Positions 8,860 to 21,030 of a DNA stretch of 64,000 bases are shown here, in pieces. The position numbers and the translations under genes are program-made. The stretch comes from an uncultured Chthonomonadaceae bacterium. Lineage in GTDB: Bacteria > Armatimonadota > Chthonomonadetes > Chthonomonadales > Chthonomonadaceae. How positions within the stretch are numbered: the stretch's first letter is position 1; every line of letters begins with the position of its first letter. The notes beneath the pieces were generated by a model. That model was not told the origin of the DNA, ran no database searches, and saw only the letters and a list, made by a program, of their open reading frames with translations. Location of the stretch: NCBI GenBank assembly GCA_963835065.1, contig CAWIEK010000044.1:1-64000 (forward strand), in the 5' to 3' direction.

Positions 8860-11800
8860 TTATCGCCAATCGCCCATCAATACAAAGGGCGCCCAACAGA
8901 AAGGCCGGGCGAACTTTGGATCGTGGAGCAGTTTCAATTCCGCGCTTTGCAGGGCGGCGGCTTTGCTTTTGCCGTTTGCCAGTTCCGTGTAAAAGGCTAC
9001 CATCAGTTCTTTGGTGCTGTCATCGGCCACGCTCCACAGGCTTGCGATCACCGTAGCCGCGCCCGCGCGGGCAAAGGCTTCCGCCAGCGAAGCAATATCC
9101 TTGCCGTCGGGGTTGGACATTCCCAACACTGTCTGGCAGGCGGACAGCGTGACCAAATCCACTTTGTCCAGCGCCATTCCTTCCACTTCGCCCAGGGTCA
9201 ATTGCTCATCTCCGGGCTTGTCATTTTTGGCAAGGTAGATGTAGCTTTGCTCCGGCGCGCGCTGGTTCAGGACGCCATGCGTGGCGAAGTGCAAAATCCG
9301 CCGCGTCAGAGTTTTGGGGGCGTTGATAGCCGCTTTCGTCGCGTCCGCGCCCGACAGCGCTTCCGAATTGGGAAAGACGCGGGCAATGGTGTTGACTTCC
9401 TCGCGGGCAAAGGGCAGGCCCGCTCCCGTCGGATCGCCCAATGCCAATAATCCCGAACCGAGTTTGGCCTCGTCCCGCTTTTGCGCAACCGAAAGCGCAT
9501 CCCCTGCGGTCAGGCACACCACCTGCTTACCCTCAATCAAATAGCGCAGGCTGTTCCCCTGCTTTTTCGCCAATGCCTGCATCGGCAGGTAGTACAGCAG
9601 TTGCGAGGGCACAAACGCAATCGTTTTTTTGGCTGCAAGGTCGGCTTCGAGGGGCGCGATGAGCTTGTCATACAGCGCGGTCAGGTTTTGGGCCAGTGGG
9701 CTGTCAACCGGCAATGCGCCCTTCGCTTCCGGCTCATCCACGATCTGCTGCCGCGCTTCGCGGATGTGCCCATACAGTTCCGTGATGGTTCCCGGCGGCG
9801 TGTAGATTTTGAAGCCATCTCGCGTCACAAGGAAGATATAGAGTTGTTCCCCAAGCGGCGCGTATTCCACAATGGCGACATCGGCGGGAAGGTCGCGCTG
9901 CACCCGCTTCAACTCTTTGGGCGCAATCGTCACCACGCGGTCATAGTTCGGGTTGGCTTTTTTGAGTTGATCCGTAACCGTGTAAAACTCGCCCTGCGTT
10001 TGCGCGACCAATTTCGTCAGCATCTGCACGGCTTCCGGGCTGCGCTGCGCTTCCGGTTTGGATTGTTCGGCTTGCAATTGTCCCTGCGCCGTTTGCAGTT
10101 GATTTTGCAGCGCGCCGGCTTTGTCCAGCAATGCCTGCAAGGGTTTGTCGCGCGTCTTGATGCTCGACAAACGCAGCGTATCCTGAAGCTGTTTGGATTT
10201 AGCGCGGTTCAGATACTCGAACGCTTCCTCGCTGCGCCCCATCTTAATCAGCAGCTGCACAATGTATTCATATACGCGGTAATTGGCTGCGCGATTGGCG
10301 AACCCGCTTTCTGACGCTGCGGTGGCGCGAACGTTTTCCTGAATTTGGATGCTCTGCTTGTAGGCTTCCAGCGCCTCCGCCTGCTTGCCCTGCGCTTCCC
10401 ATGCTTGCCCCTTCAAGCGCAGAGTATAGGAGCGGTCTTCCACAAGGTCTATGGCTTTTTCCAGATCATCGGCCTGCGCAAGCAAGGGCAGGGCGTCGGC
10501 GGGCCGGTTTTGCTTGATATGCGCGTAGGCCAGGCTGTCGAGGGCGCCGGTCAGATAATATTTGTTGTTCAGCGCTTGCGCCATTTTCAGCGCCTGCTGC
10601 CCGTACTTTTCGGCTTCATCTCCGCGTCCGGCTTCGGCGGCAAGGGTAGACAGGCGCTGCGCGATGGAGAACAGCCCGCCGGTATTTTGCGCGGCGGCAA
10701 ACGAAACCTGCGCCTGCTTCGCATACTTTTCCGCGTTCTGTATATCGCGCCTGTCCCAGTAGATGTCCGTCATTGCCGTCAGGGTAATGCCCAATCCCTG
10801 CTCGTCTTGCGCGTTGCGATACAATTCCTGACTTTCCTGCATTTCTTTGAGCGCCTGATCCGGCATGCCCTCATAAAGATGCAGTTCGCTGACGAGTTTC
10901 AGCGTGGAAGCGCGCATGACAGCCCGCACCCGGCGCGCAAACGGCAGCGCGTCGGTGGGCGGGAGCGCGTCGGGCGCTTTGAGCGCCTGATCGTAATAAG
11001 TCTGGGCGGCGCGGTAATCCCCGCGCTGCGCTTCCAGCGAACCGATATTTTTCAGCAGCGTCACTTCATCCAGCGCGGAAAGCACAGTCTTGCCGATTTT
11101 ATAGTATTGGGTAAGCGCTTCATCCGGGACCTGGTTCCCTTTCGCGTCCAATTTTTCCGCATGTGTCTGGTCAATATCGCGCTGCCGCAGGGGGGCGTCG
11201 TCCCGAAAGGCTTGCAGCGCCTGCAGGTAGTAGGCGCGGGCGCGGGCAAAGTCGCCCGTATAGAAATGGTGCAGAAAGGCCAGCGCCTTTAAGCCTTCAA
11301 ATACCTGGCGTTCGGGCAAATCGGCGGGCAGTTGGCGGCGCAAGGCAAGCGCCTCTGTGAGCAGTTTTTCCGCCTGTGGGTAATGGACGCGCAATTCTTC
11401 TATCTGGCCGGACGTTTGCAGCAAGCCGGCAATCGCCGCTTTTTTCGGATTCAGGGCTGCATCGGGCGCTTTGTCGCGGATTAAAGCGGCAAGTTCCTGT
11501 TGGCGCAGTTCCAGTTCCTGCTGCGCGTACTTGCTTTGCGTGTCTACATCGCCATTCGGACGGGCGGCATTTTGCAGGGCCGCAAGCGCTACATAGCGGT
11601 ACGAAAAGGGCAGGCTGTCTATTTGCCACTGGAGTTTGCGGCGCGAGTCCTCATCTTTGGCCGCGTCCTGCTGCTGCTGCATGAACCGGATGTATTTTTC
11701 GATGCGCGGCGCGACGTAGTTGAGGGTTTCTACATAAAAGGCGCGTTCGCTTTGATAGGCTTCCTGCTGCAGCGTGGAATACCGCGCGAACCAGCCAGCG

Positions 11801-12201
11801 GACTCGTCGTTTTTATCCTGCTCAAAGTTTTTCCACGCGAGAAAGCGAGCGGCCTGCGCCATGCGCGCGGAAGTTTCAGCAAAGGCCAGCGAATTGGGAG
11901 GCAATGTTTTGCGTTCCGCTTCGGCTTTGGCGAAAGCAGCGCGGGCTTCGGCCCCGTCCTTGAGCGGCGGCAGACCCCGTGTGGTGTTTTCCTGGTATTT
12001 CAGGAGCATTTCGCCGCGCTTCAACACCTCCTGCAGCGTCTGAACCGCTTCGTTCGATGTGACGGGGGAGGATTTTGCCGGGGGTTGCGCCTGGGGAGCG
12101 TTTTGCGCCCAAACTCCGCCAGCCGTCGCGCTCAAAAGCGTGACGGCCAGAAGGGTATTGGCGCGCTGTAGAACAGCTAATTTCATAGTTCTATCGTTCA
12201 T
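8860..12201 (-). CDS. TPR-repeat plus CHAT (caspase-HetF) domain protease with signal peptide
   Basis: Many TPR-like helices; ILHFATHG (catalytic His), LVTLSACQT (catalytic Cys), ASLWSVAD, PFCWAPFVLMGDW. Confidence 0.92.
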   Translation of the reverse strand: MNDRTMKLAVLQRANTLLAVTLLSATAGGVWAQNAPQAQPPAKSSPVTSNEAVQTLQEVLKRGEMLLKYQENTTRGLPPLKDGAEARAAFAKAEAERKTLPPNSLAFAETSARMAQAARFLAWKNFEQDKNDESAGWFARYSTLQQEAYQSERAFYVETLNYVAPRIEKYIRFMQQQQDAAKDEDSRRKLQWQIDSLPFSYRYVALAALQNAARPNGDVDTQSKYAQQELELRQQELAALIRDKAPDAALNPKKAAIAGLLQTSGQIEELRVHYPQAEKLLTEALALRRQLPADLPERQVFEGLKALAFLHHFYTGDFARARAYYLQALQAFRDDAPLRQRDIDQTHAEKLDAKGNQVPDEALTQYYKIGKTVLSALDEVTLLKNIGSLEAQRGDYRAAQTYYDQALKAPDALPPTDALPFARRVRAVMRASTLKLVSELHLYEGMPDQALKEMQESQELYRNAQDEQGLGITLTAMTDIYWDRRDIQNAEKYAKQAQVSFAAAQNTGGLFSIAQRLSTLAAEAGRGDEAEKYGQQALKMAQALNNKYYLTGALDSLAYAHIKQNRPADALPLLAQADDLEKAIDLVEDRSYTLRLKGQAWEAQGKQAEALEAYKQSIQIQENVRATAASESGFANRAANYRVYEYIVQLLIKMGRSEEAFEYLNRAKSKQLQDTLRLSSIKTRDKPLQALLDKAGALQNQLQTAQGQLQAEQSKPEAQRSPEAVQMLTKLVAQTQGEFYTVTDQLKKANPNYDRVVTIAPKELKRVQRDLPADVAIVEYAPLGEQLYIFLVTRDGFKIYTPPGTITELYGHIREARQQIVDEPEAKGALPVDSPLAQNLTALYDKLIAPLEADLAAKKTIAFVPSQLLYYLPMQALAKKQGNSLRYLIEGKQVVCLTAGDALSVAQKRDEAKLGSGLLALGDPTGAGLPFAREEVNTIARVFPNSEALSGADATKAAINAPKTLTRRILHFATHGVLNQRAPEQSYIYLAKNDKPGDEQLTLGEVEGMALDKVDLVTLSACQTVLGMSNPDGKDIASLAEAFARAGAATVIASLWSVADDSTKELMVAFYTELANGKSKAAALQSAELKLLHDPKFARPFCWAPFVLMGDWR

Positions 12202-12573
12202 CCGTCCTCAAGAACAGAGGGAAGTACGGCACAGGAAATGTCAGTTTACACTATTTGATTGTACCCGTGTATTTGCCCTCCTGCGCCGATTTCCTGCCTG
12301 AAAAATACCGGAATTTTCAACAACAAATCGGTACGGAACGAAAACGCAAGGGCGGGGAAGCAAGCGTTTGGAGCGGCCATCCTGAGCCGAACCAAAAGCG
12401 CTTCGTTCCCGGCTGCGAGACAAACCGACTGGAATTGCGTCATGGCTCCGTCATCCGCATGTCTCTGCTGGTATGTAGTATAACCGATATTTAGGCTTGA
12501 TGGCTGTGAAGCGCGTCATACTCTGCGCGTGAACCATGTCATAGGGTTACATGAATTGATCTCACGCAGCAGT

Positions 12574-13467
12574 TTAATCAGGGTTAGGAACATACTTCGC
12601 GCGGCAGCGTTTCAGGTAGTTGAGGCCGTGTACCTGCCCGGTCATTTCCAGCTCGTTTTTGTATACGGGGTCGTGCCAGCCTTCGATGTCAATGCTGCCT
12701 TTGAACCCGCCCCGGCGCAGTTCCGAGATAATGTCCGTCCAATTGCTGTCGCCGAAACCGGGCGTCCGGTGAAAGGCGAACGTTTTGGGGCCGTGTACGC
12801 CATGCTCGCGCACCACGTCCCACAACACCGTCGCGTCCTTGCCGTGTACGTGAAAGATTTTCTTCACCCATTGGCGCAGCTGCGGCATCGGGTCAATCAG
12901 GCTGACCATCTGGTGACACGGTTCCCATTCCAGACCCATATTGTCGGCGGGAACGGCATCGAACATCATTTCCCACGCTGCCGGGCCGTGCGCGATGTTC
13001 CAATCCCCACGCCTCCAATCGCCGCCCATGTCGCAGTTCTCAAACGCGATCCGTACCCCGTTGTCCGCCGCCCGTTTTGTCAACGCCCCGAACACGTCCT
13101 TGAACCGCCCGATGGAGTCGGGAATGGGCTTGTCGCGCAAGCGCCCCGTGAATCCGGCCACAATATCGGCTCCGAAAAGCGGCGCGTGGTCAATGGCGGC
13201 TTCCCATGCGCGCAGGGTTTGCAGATCGGTTTCCTCGCCCTCCAGCGGGTTGCCGAATACGGCCAGCGAACTGACAACCGCCCTGTCGCCAAGAACATCC
13301 TTGACGCGGGGAGCCAGTTCTTTCAGGTTCGCGCCCCCAAGCGTCTGCCAGAACGAAATCTGAATGCTTTCAAAACCATGCGGCAAAATCTGCCGAATGT
13401 ATCCGGCGGGATCGGCCTGCTTGCCGTCCGCCATCGTGCCGATACGAATATCCGGCGTGTAGTCCAT
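12574..13467 (-). CDS. Sugar phosphate isomerase/epimerase (TIM barrel)
   Basis: IAFENC, GLEWEPCH, HVHGKD, PGFG, IDIEG metal-binding motifs. Confidence 0.85.
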   Translation of the reverse strand: MDYTPDIRIGTMADGKQADPAGYIRQILPHGFESIQISFWQTLGGANLKELAPRVKDVLGDRAVVSSLAVFGNPLEGEETDLQTLRAWEAAIDHAPLFGADIVAGFTGRLRDKPIPDSIGRFKDVFGALTKRAADNGVRIAFENCDMGGDWRRGDWNIAHGPAAWEMMFDAVPADNMGLEWEPCHQMVSLIDPMPQLRQWVKKIFHVHGKDATVLWDVVREHGVHGPKTFAFHRTPGFGDSNWTDIISELRRGGFKGSIDIEGWHDPVYKNELEMTGQVHGLNYLKRCRAKYVPNPD

Positions 13468-13545
13468 GCGTTTGCTCCTTCGCGAAGATGAATAACCTTC
13501 GTCTGAATGGCCTTCAAAGATGCGGAAGACGGAGAAGGAGGAAAT

Positions 13546-13643
13546 AGACAGGATTAAAAGGATTAGAAGGATTGGACAGAATTATTCTGGAGTCTTCCAA
13601 AAGAAATCCTGTCTAATCCAACTAATCCCTGTTAATCCTGTCT
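13546..13643. repeat. Imperfect inverted short-repeat pair (AGGATT units)
   Basis: gacaggattaaaaggattagaaggatt ... aatcctgtctaatccaactaatccctgttaatcctgtc. Confidence 0.6.
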
Positions 13644-15322
13644 ATTTCTGTTCCGTCTGCATCATCCATTGATTGCGCAGAACGATTTGGTCGGGTGTGG
13701 CTTGCGGCAAGGGATGCAGTTCGGCGTCCAGTCCGGCATACCCGAGACATTCCGCGAACGGCATTTCCTGCGTGGAACGCGCCAGCAGGTTGTAAAACTC
13801 CGTTAAATCCAGTTCCGCGACCCGGTTGATGGTGTCGCGCAGGCCGTCTTCGTCGTAGCCGGGGTTGGGCGGGGCGCATTGCTTGTACAACGCGCGCATC
13901 ACGTCGTCGAGCGAGCGGCGATTATGCGTGACATGGCGGATTTTTAGGTCGAGGCACAGTCCGATGAGCGCGCCCTTTTCGTAATACGACAGGCCGCCAT
14001 CTCCCTCGCTGTTGCCGCTTTCCCACACGCGCCAGCTTGCCTGATCCGCCGTGACCGTTAATCGCGCCGGGTTGCGCTGCATCGCGGCAATCGCGCGCTG
14101 CCAGTGCGCCAAAAAACGATCTTCCGTAGACAGTCCGGCGCGGCGAACGGCAACGTAGGCGTAATAATCCGTTACGCCCTCGGCAAACCACAGATTGCGG
14201 GTGCGCGGCGGATGCTCGTAATCGAACGGGCCGAGTACGCGGGGCCGGATGCGCTTCACGTTCCACTGATGGAAAAACTCGTGCGCGACAAAGGGCGCGA
14301 ACCGTTCCGCCGAGCCGCCAGGACGAAAGGGCAGGCGGCAGGCGTTGAGATGCTCCAGTCCGCCGCCCCGGCCATTCACTTCCAGCAGAAACTCGTACAG
14401 TTTGCCCGGTCGCGCCGCCCATGATTTTGGTTTCCGCCCGCGCGATTTGCAGCAGCATCTTGTTGGTGGCTTCCACATTCGCAAGGGACTGCGCAGCGCC
14501 GAAGTACACGGGCCGATACGTTGCGGACGGCAAATTGTCCAGATGCAGATCGAATGTTTGGATCGCGTCCTGCTGCGCCATGACAAGGGGCGAGTCGGCA
14601 AGCGTGTCATAATCGGGCGCATCGAACGCAGCGCTGTTGGGATTGGGCGCGGCGACAGCAACTTCCGGCTGCGCGGCTATCGGTTCTTTATGGACGGGGA
14701 GCGGCGTTTCGGCCTTCCATCCGGGCGGCAAATTGGCAATCAGGCGCGCGGGCGCGGCCTTGTGTCCGGCCACATACAGCAGCGCGGACGCGCCATTGAC
14801 GAACACATACCGGGGCCGGAAATACACGTTCTCGCTGAAATAACCGGGCGGCATTTGCGGCAGCGCGTACTCGACCCGAATTCGACCCGCTTCTCCTGTC
14901 TTGATTGTCCACGTACTCGCGTCCGGGTGCGTGACCTCAAGCATTCTCTGGTCCCGCGCCACGAGCGCATCCGAGGCTTGCAGATTTTGCGCGTACTTGC
15001 CGAAGTTCTGTACATGGTAATCGCCCGGACTCCACACCGGCATTTGCACCGTCACTTCGCCCGGCCTGCCATCCGCTTCCGTTTTTCCGCCGCTGACGGG
15101 TACGTCGAACGTCATCGTAACATGCAGCAGGGGAGGCATTGCGCCAACATCCGGCCTGACTTCGTATATGATCGGCCCCGCTTCCGCTCCACGCTTTGTC
15201 TTCGTTGCCGCCAAACCTGACTGCGTTTGCGCGACGGGAACGGTATGTCGGTAGGACGTAAAGAAGGCTAAAATAACTGTGATAGGCGCGATTAGCAGCG
15301 CGGTATTGCGGGGAAATAGCAA
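13642..15322 (-). CDS. M61-family glycyl aminopeptidase; frameshift near 14415
   Basis: MPVWSPGDY, DYDTLADSP, GGGLEH, AHEFFHQWNVKRIRP, LWFAEGVTDYY, SYYEKG. Confidence 0.9.
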
Positions 15323-15363
15323 GGTGTACCTCTTTCCTTGGCGGGAGCATTAATCCGTCGGCT

Positions 15364-16834
<1,471 letters not shown>

Positions 16835-16837
16835 CCT

Positions 16838-19645
16838 TCATCCTTGCGGCGTCACGTCCACCACCAGTGTGGTATTGTCCTGCGGCAGGGTCAGGGTCAG
16901 GACGCCACCTTCGTCGGCGGTTTGCATGCCCGTAATGGCTCCGGTCAGCAGGTATTTGCCGTTGGGCTTGCCCATAACGCACAGCGCGTTGACAACGCCG
17001 GTGGGCTGTAAGCGCTTTAAAATGATGTGCGCCGTGTCTTTTTGGCGGTCATAAGCGTGATCGAGGATGTTGACGTTCCAGCCGCCGTTGAGGGTTCCCG
17101 GCTGATGGTACGCGGCCCACAAAAACAACAGAGCGCCCGCGTCACCGGCGTAATCACTCACGCCGCCCGCAACGCCCGTATCGCCGTTGAGCCATTCGGG
17201 ACACAAACCCGTTGCGGATTGGGCGCGAACATAGCCTTGCAGCAGGTTGGAAGCCAGTTTATGCGCGGTTTCCGTTTCCCCGGCGTCCAGCAGGGTTTTC
17301 CAGAACAGCCAGTTCAGCCCGTAGCGGATGGCTCCATTCGCGCCGTCATTGGCGTGGTAGTTCGGTGATGTATGAGATACGGAGCGCAGGCCGAACGGAC
17401 TCCAGAACATCATCGGGTCGGTCAGGGCGCGCAGCAGAAACGCGCGCTGTTCGGGCGTTTGCGCGCCCGCTCCCGCCATCAGGGGCAGCAATCCCGCGAG
17501 AGTATCGGCATGGGAGAAAGGCTGCGGCTTTGCTCCCTGCGGGCGCGGCGCGTAAACTTTCCGGTCGGCGTCCCATAGCGTAGTGTTCAGGGCGCGAATG
17601 ATTTCTACTGCGTCCTGCACATACTCGTGGATTTCTTCGGCAGGCTGATCGGTCAGTTCGGCAAGCGCGCGCATGATCCGGGCGGAAGCGATCAGGTACG
17701 CGGCGTAATCCGGCGCGGCAACAAGAGAAGCCGCATTAGCATCAGCATCGCCATTGGAAACGGCAAGCAGGACGCTGTTTGCCGCCATGCCGGGGGGAAG
17801 CGAACCGGGTAAAAACACCCCATCGCGCGCTTCACCAGGCCAGGCAAACAGCCAGCCGTCCTTTGCAATGCGCCCTGCCGCAAGAAGTTCCTGATAGCGG
17901 CGTTGCGCGTAGGGATAATAACGTTTCAGCAGGGGGCGGTCATGGGTGCGCTGAAACAATTCCCAGAGCGCGAACAAATTGGTCGGCACAACGGCGCGGG
18001 GATTGCGCAGGGGAATACCGGAAAGCGCGTCCGGGTCCGTGCGGGTCTGGAACCAGGCGTTGAGCTGCGCGGCGGCAAAATCGGGGCGCGAATCAATCCA
18101 GCCGAGCGCCATCAGGCCATCGCGGGACGGCTCGTATAATGCGCCGCGCGCATTGACGCGCAGGCGCGTTCCCACGCCGATGCGCTGTTCGTCCATATTA
18201 GGCGCGTTTGCAAACATCTGCGCCATCAATTCATCAATAGCCGGAACACCTGTATGCGGGCGAGCGGCTTCATGCGCCTTCAGTGCGGCCAAATAGGCGC
18301 TTCCGCTGCCTGCCCTGCCGTTTTTGGCCCCGTCGGCAATGTGCAGCAGGGTTTGGGCGGCGTCACGGGCGGTATCGGCGTCACTCCCGACCCCGATACT
18401 GAGGTAAAGCGTCACGGACTGGCCGGCAGGAACTTCCACGCTGTCCACGCGGGTCAGCGCGTACTGTCCTTCGCTTGTCGGAAGGGCGTCGTCGGGAAGT
18501 CTGTCCGTCTGCGGGGAAACGGCAGCGTCCGGCGGAGCGGCAATCGCGGACTTAGGGTTTACAGCATTGTCCTTTCGGATGACCGCCTCATTCGCTCCCG
18601 GTTCGGCTTGCCGGCTTTGGTCCTTATCTTTGTTCGTTCGGTTTTTATTCGCTTTGTCGGCTTTTTCCTGTTCGCGCTTGCCTTTTGCTTTTTCCCGCTG
18701 CGCCTGTTTGATCTGCTCTTTTTTATCGGCTTCGGCGTCCGAATTCGGGCCGGTTTGCGGAGTGGAGGACGCCAGTACGCCTGCGGGCAACAGCGCGCCC
18801 GACTCGGAACGGCGGGCAACATTGCCGTCCGCCCCGAAGTAAGCGTCACTGACCCGGTAGGAGTGCGTTCGATACGCCGCACTCGGCCCGGCCAACGCGA
18901 ATACGGCGCGGCTTTTGTTGTGCTGAATGATAGCGGCGCTCGTGCCCGCTTCCGCCTGAATTTGCAGGTCTTCCGAGCCGAAGCCCAATCCGGGCGTATC
19001 CATGCTGCCCAATAAATCCACGCCGTAAAGCTGCGCCTGCGAAGACGGATTGACCAGCGTGACGCGGATCAGCAAGCCGTCGCCTGCGGGTTCGGCAAAC
19101 GCGGGGAAACACTCGATGGTCGCTTCCCCCTCGCCCCACGCGCTTGCCGCGGAAGCAGACGGCGCGGCAGCCACGAGCCTGTTTGCCGCCCAACCCGCCG
19201 GGGCGAATCTGATGCGCGTTGTCCACAGAGTTCCCTCGCCATCCGCGTCCACCATCTGCGCGCGGCGGTTCAAAGCGGCAAACGGGCCGCTTGCGCCCCG
19301 ATCATCTGCCCCGGCGCGTACCGGCGACAGGCCAACCCCGCGCCGCTGCGCCATCACTGGCGTCAGGCGCGTTTGCACAACGCCTGTCGCGCCCCGAACG
19401 CGCTGCGAAAACATGGCCGCCTGCTGCTGCGAAATCACGATGGGAAACACGAACTGCTGGCGCAGGGGCTGCCCGATGAGGCAGCACGGCGCGAGATTGG
19501 CGCGGGCATACGGCCCCCACCCTTTGAGCGGAAGTTCCGGCAGGGAAGACGCCGCCACTACGGACTGCGTTTTCGACTGCGCCAAGACGCTCACTCCATT
19601 CCATAAGAAGAGGGTCAGCACACTCACATAGATGCCAATTGCCAT
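16838..19645 (-). CDS. Secreted protein with MGH1/GH63-like (alpha/alpha)6 glycoside hydrolase domain
   Basis: Signal peptide at MAIGIYVSVL; LTDPMMFWSPFGLRSVS, GAIRYGLNW, PEWLNGDTG. The longer ORF-track N-terminus is made of translated repeats. Confidence 0.65.
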   Translation of the reverse strand: MAIGIYVSVLTLFLWNGVSVLAQSKTQSVVAASSLPELPLKGWGPYARANLAPCCLIGQPLRQQFVFPIVISQQQAAMFSQRVRGATGVVQTRLTPVMAQRRGVGLSPVRAGADDRGASGPFAALNRRAQMVDADGEGTLWTTRIRFAPAGWAANRLVAAAPSASAASAWGEGEATIECFPAFAEPAGDGLLIRVTLVNPSSQAQLYGVDLLGSMDTPGLGFGSEDLQIQAEAGTSAAIIQHNKSRAVFALAGPSAAYRTHSYRVSDAYFGADGNVARRSESGALLPAGVLASSTPQTGPNSDAEADKKEQIKQAQREKAKGKREQEKADKANKNRTNKDKDQSRQAEPGANEAVIRKDNAVNPKSAIAAPPDAAVSPQTDRLPDDALPTSEGQYALTRVDSVEVPAGQSVTLYLSIGVGSDADTARDAAQTLLHIADGAKNGRAGSGSAYLAALKAHEAARPHTGVPAIDELMAQMFANAPNMDEQRIGVGTRLRVNARGALYEPSRDGLMALGWIDSRPDFAAAQLNAWFQTRTDPDALSGIPLRNPRAVVPTNLFALWELFQRTHDRPLLKRYYPYAQRRYQELLAAGRIAKDGWLFAWPGEARDGVFLPGSLPPGMAANSVLLAVSNGDADANAASLVAAPDYAAYLIASARIMRALAELTDQPAEEIHEYVQDAVEIIRALNTTLWDADRKVYAPRPQGAKPQPFSHADTLAGLLPLMAGAGAQTPEQRAFLLRALTDPMMFWSPFGLRSVSHTSPNYHANDGANGAIRYGLNWLFWKTLLDAGETETAHKLASNLLQGYVRAQSATGLCPEWLNGDTGVAGGVSDYAGDAGALLFLWAAYHQPGTLNGGWNVNILDHAYDRQKDTAHIILKRLQPTGVVNALCVMGKPNGKYLLTGAITGMQTADEGGVLTLTLPQDNTTLVVDVTPQG

Positions 19646-19662
19646 AAAGGAGCGCGATTTTA

Positions 19663-19805
19663 CCTCACCCCCGGCCCCTCTCCTTGCCGCGCAACGCGCT
19701 AGGAGAGGGGAGGCTGTTGATTGAACACTATTTCTGACCGCGCAGGCGCCAGGCAGATTAGGTTTTGTGTTCCATTTGCGTTTATTTGCGTTCATTCGCG
19801 GCTAA
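19663..19805. repeat. REP-like CCTCACCCCCGGCCCCTCTCC...GGAGAGGGG element plus ATTTGCGTT(C/T) tandem units
   Basis: Seen directly; the ATTTGCGTTCATTCGCG-type motif recurs at about 61488-61520. Confidence 0.65.
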
Positions 19806-19820
19806 ATCCTATAAATCATT

Positions 19821-20774
19821 CTAATACAAAATGTGCCTGTGCAGCGTGTTTATGCCCCAACCCTCGAAGCCGAGCCGTTGGTAGACCTGTTCGCCCGCGC
19901 TGCCGCGTTCCGTATACAGGTAGGTGAGCGCGTTGCCGAGCCGCATGGAATCGGCAACGGCCTGCGCGATCACCTGCGAAGCAAAGCCGCGCCGCCGAAA
20001 ATTGGGATGGGTAATCACGCTGTCAATCAGGCCCCAACCGGCATGAGAAAACAGTTGGCAGGCGGCGACAGGCTGCTCTTCGCCACGCGCCAGGTACAGG
20101 CGGCAATCCGGCGAAAGCGCTTCCCGCATGGCAACCCTGCGCCAGAACGCGGCATCGGCCTCATTGTCCTCATCACTGCCGGCAAGGTCAACCCATGCCT
20201 GCATGTCCGCCGTCATGTTTTCTTTCAGCGCGACTTGCTTTGTTGAGTCTGCCTTTGTCACGGGTTTTTGTGTCGGGTCTTGCTTTGTGTTGACACCGAA
20301 ATTGGCCTCGTTGTTACCGGAGTTTGACGGGGAGGGGCGGGAAACAACGGAAACGACACAGGAAGCCTCCGCCGACTTGAGAATCTCCACAGGCTTAACG
20401 GGAGGAACGGGCGGGGCAGTCCCGGCAAAGCGCATGAGCAGCGTATCGCCAATCACAGGAGTTACGCCGCGCCGCCGCAGGGCGCGTCCAAATCCCAAAC
20501 TTTCGGCAACCGGGTCCACGTCCACGACGACGGGCAGATTGCGTCCGCGATAATGCCCGATGATTTCTGCGACTGTGGCTTCCACTTCACGCTCTTGCGG
20601 ATTTGCATTGGAACCGCGCAGGCGCAGGGCGCGGTTTGCGCTGTGGTAATCGGGCATGTCCGGGCTGTCCAGGAACCAGGCGTGTTCCCCCCGCGTGACC
20701 TGCGACCAGAGTTCAAAGTAACGCGCTTCATGCGCCAGCAAAGTTTCCAGTTCGTTCGGAGTCGGCTGCATCAT
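19821..20774 (-). CDS. GNAT-family N-acetyltransferase
   Basis: VITHPNFRRRGFA acetyl-CoA motif; VYQRLGF. Confidence 0.85.
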   Translation of the reverse strand: MMQPTPNELETLLAHEARYFELWSQVTRGEHAWFLDSPDMPDYHSANRALRLRGSNANPQEREVEATVAEIIGHYRGRNLPVVVDVDPVAESLGFGRALRRRGVTPVIGDTLLMRFAGTAPPVPPVKPVEILKSAEASCVVSVVSRPSPSNSGNNEANFGVNTKQDPTQKPVTKADSTKQVALKENMTADMQAWVDLAGSDEDNEADAAFWRRVAMREALSPDCRLYLARGEEQPVAACQLFSHAGWGLIDSVITHPNFRRRGFASQVIAQAVADSMRLGNALTYLYTERGSAGEQVYQRLGFEGWGINTLHRHILY

Positions 20775-21030
20775 ACTTTCAGCCCTCTGCCGGTTCTCCG
20801 GCTTGTCCGCCAGTGAGTTACCGATCAAGCAGTGAGTTGTCAATTAAGGGGCTGCCAGCCGCAGCATAAGTAATGCTTCTAATTGGGTTAAGAAATTATC
20901 ACGCCCGCTGTGGCTGCTCAAAGGCCGTTTCGCCCCCTCAGCCTGCCTTGCCAATGGTAAAATAGGAGAGGAAACAGACCCGCAGCAGGGTTCCTGAAAT
21001 CAACCATGATCTGTTTGTTGGCGGAGGTGT

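Noticed and set aside
19646..19795. N-terminal 50 aa of the 985-aa ORF
   Set aside because: It consists of translated REP and tandem repeats; the signal peptide begins at 19645.
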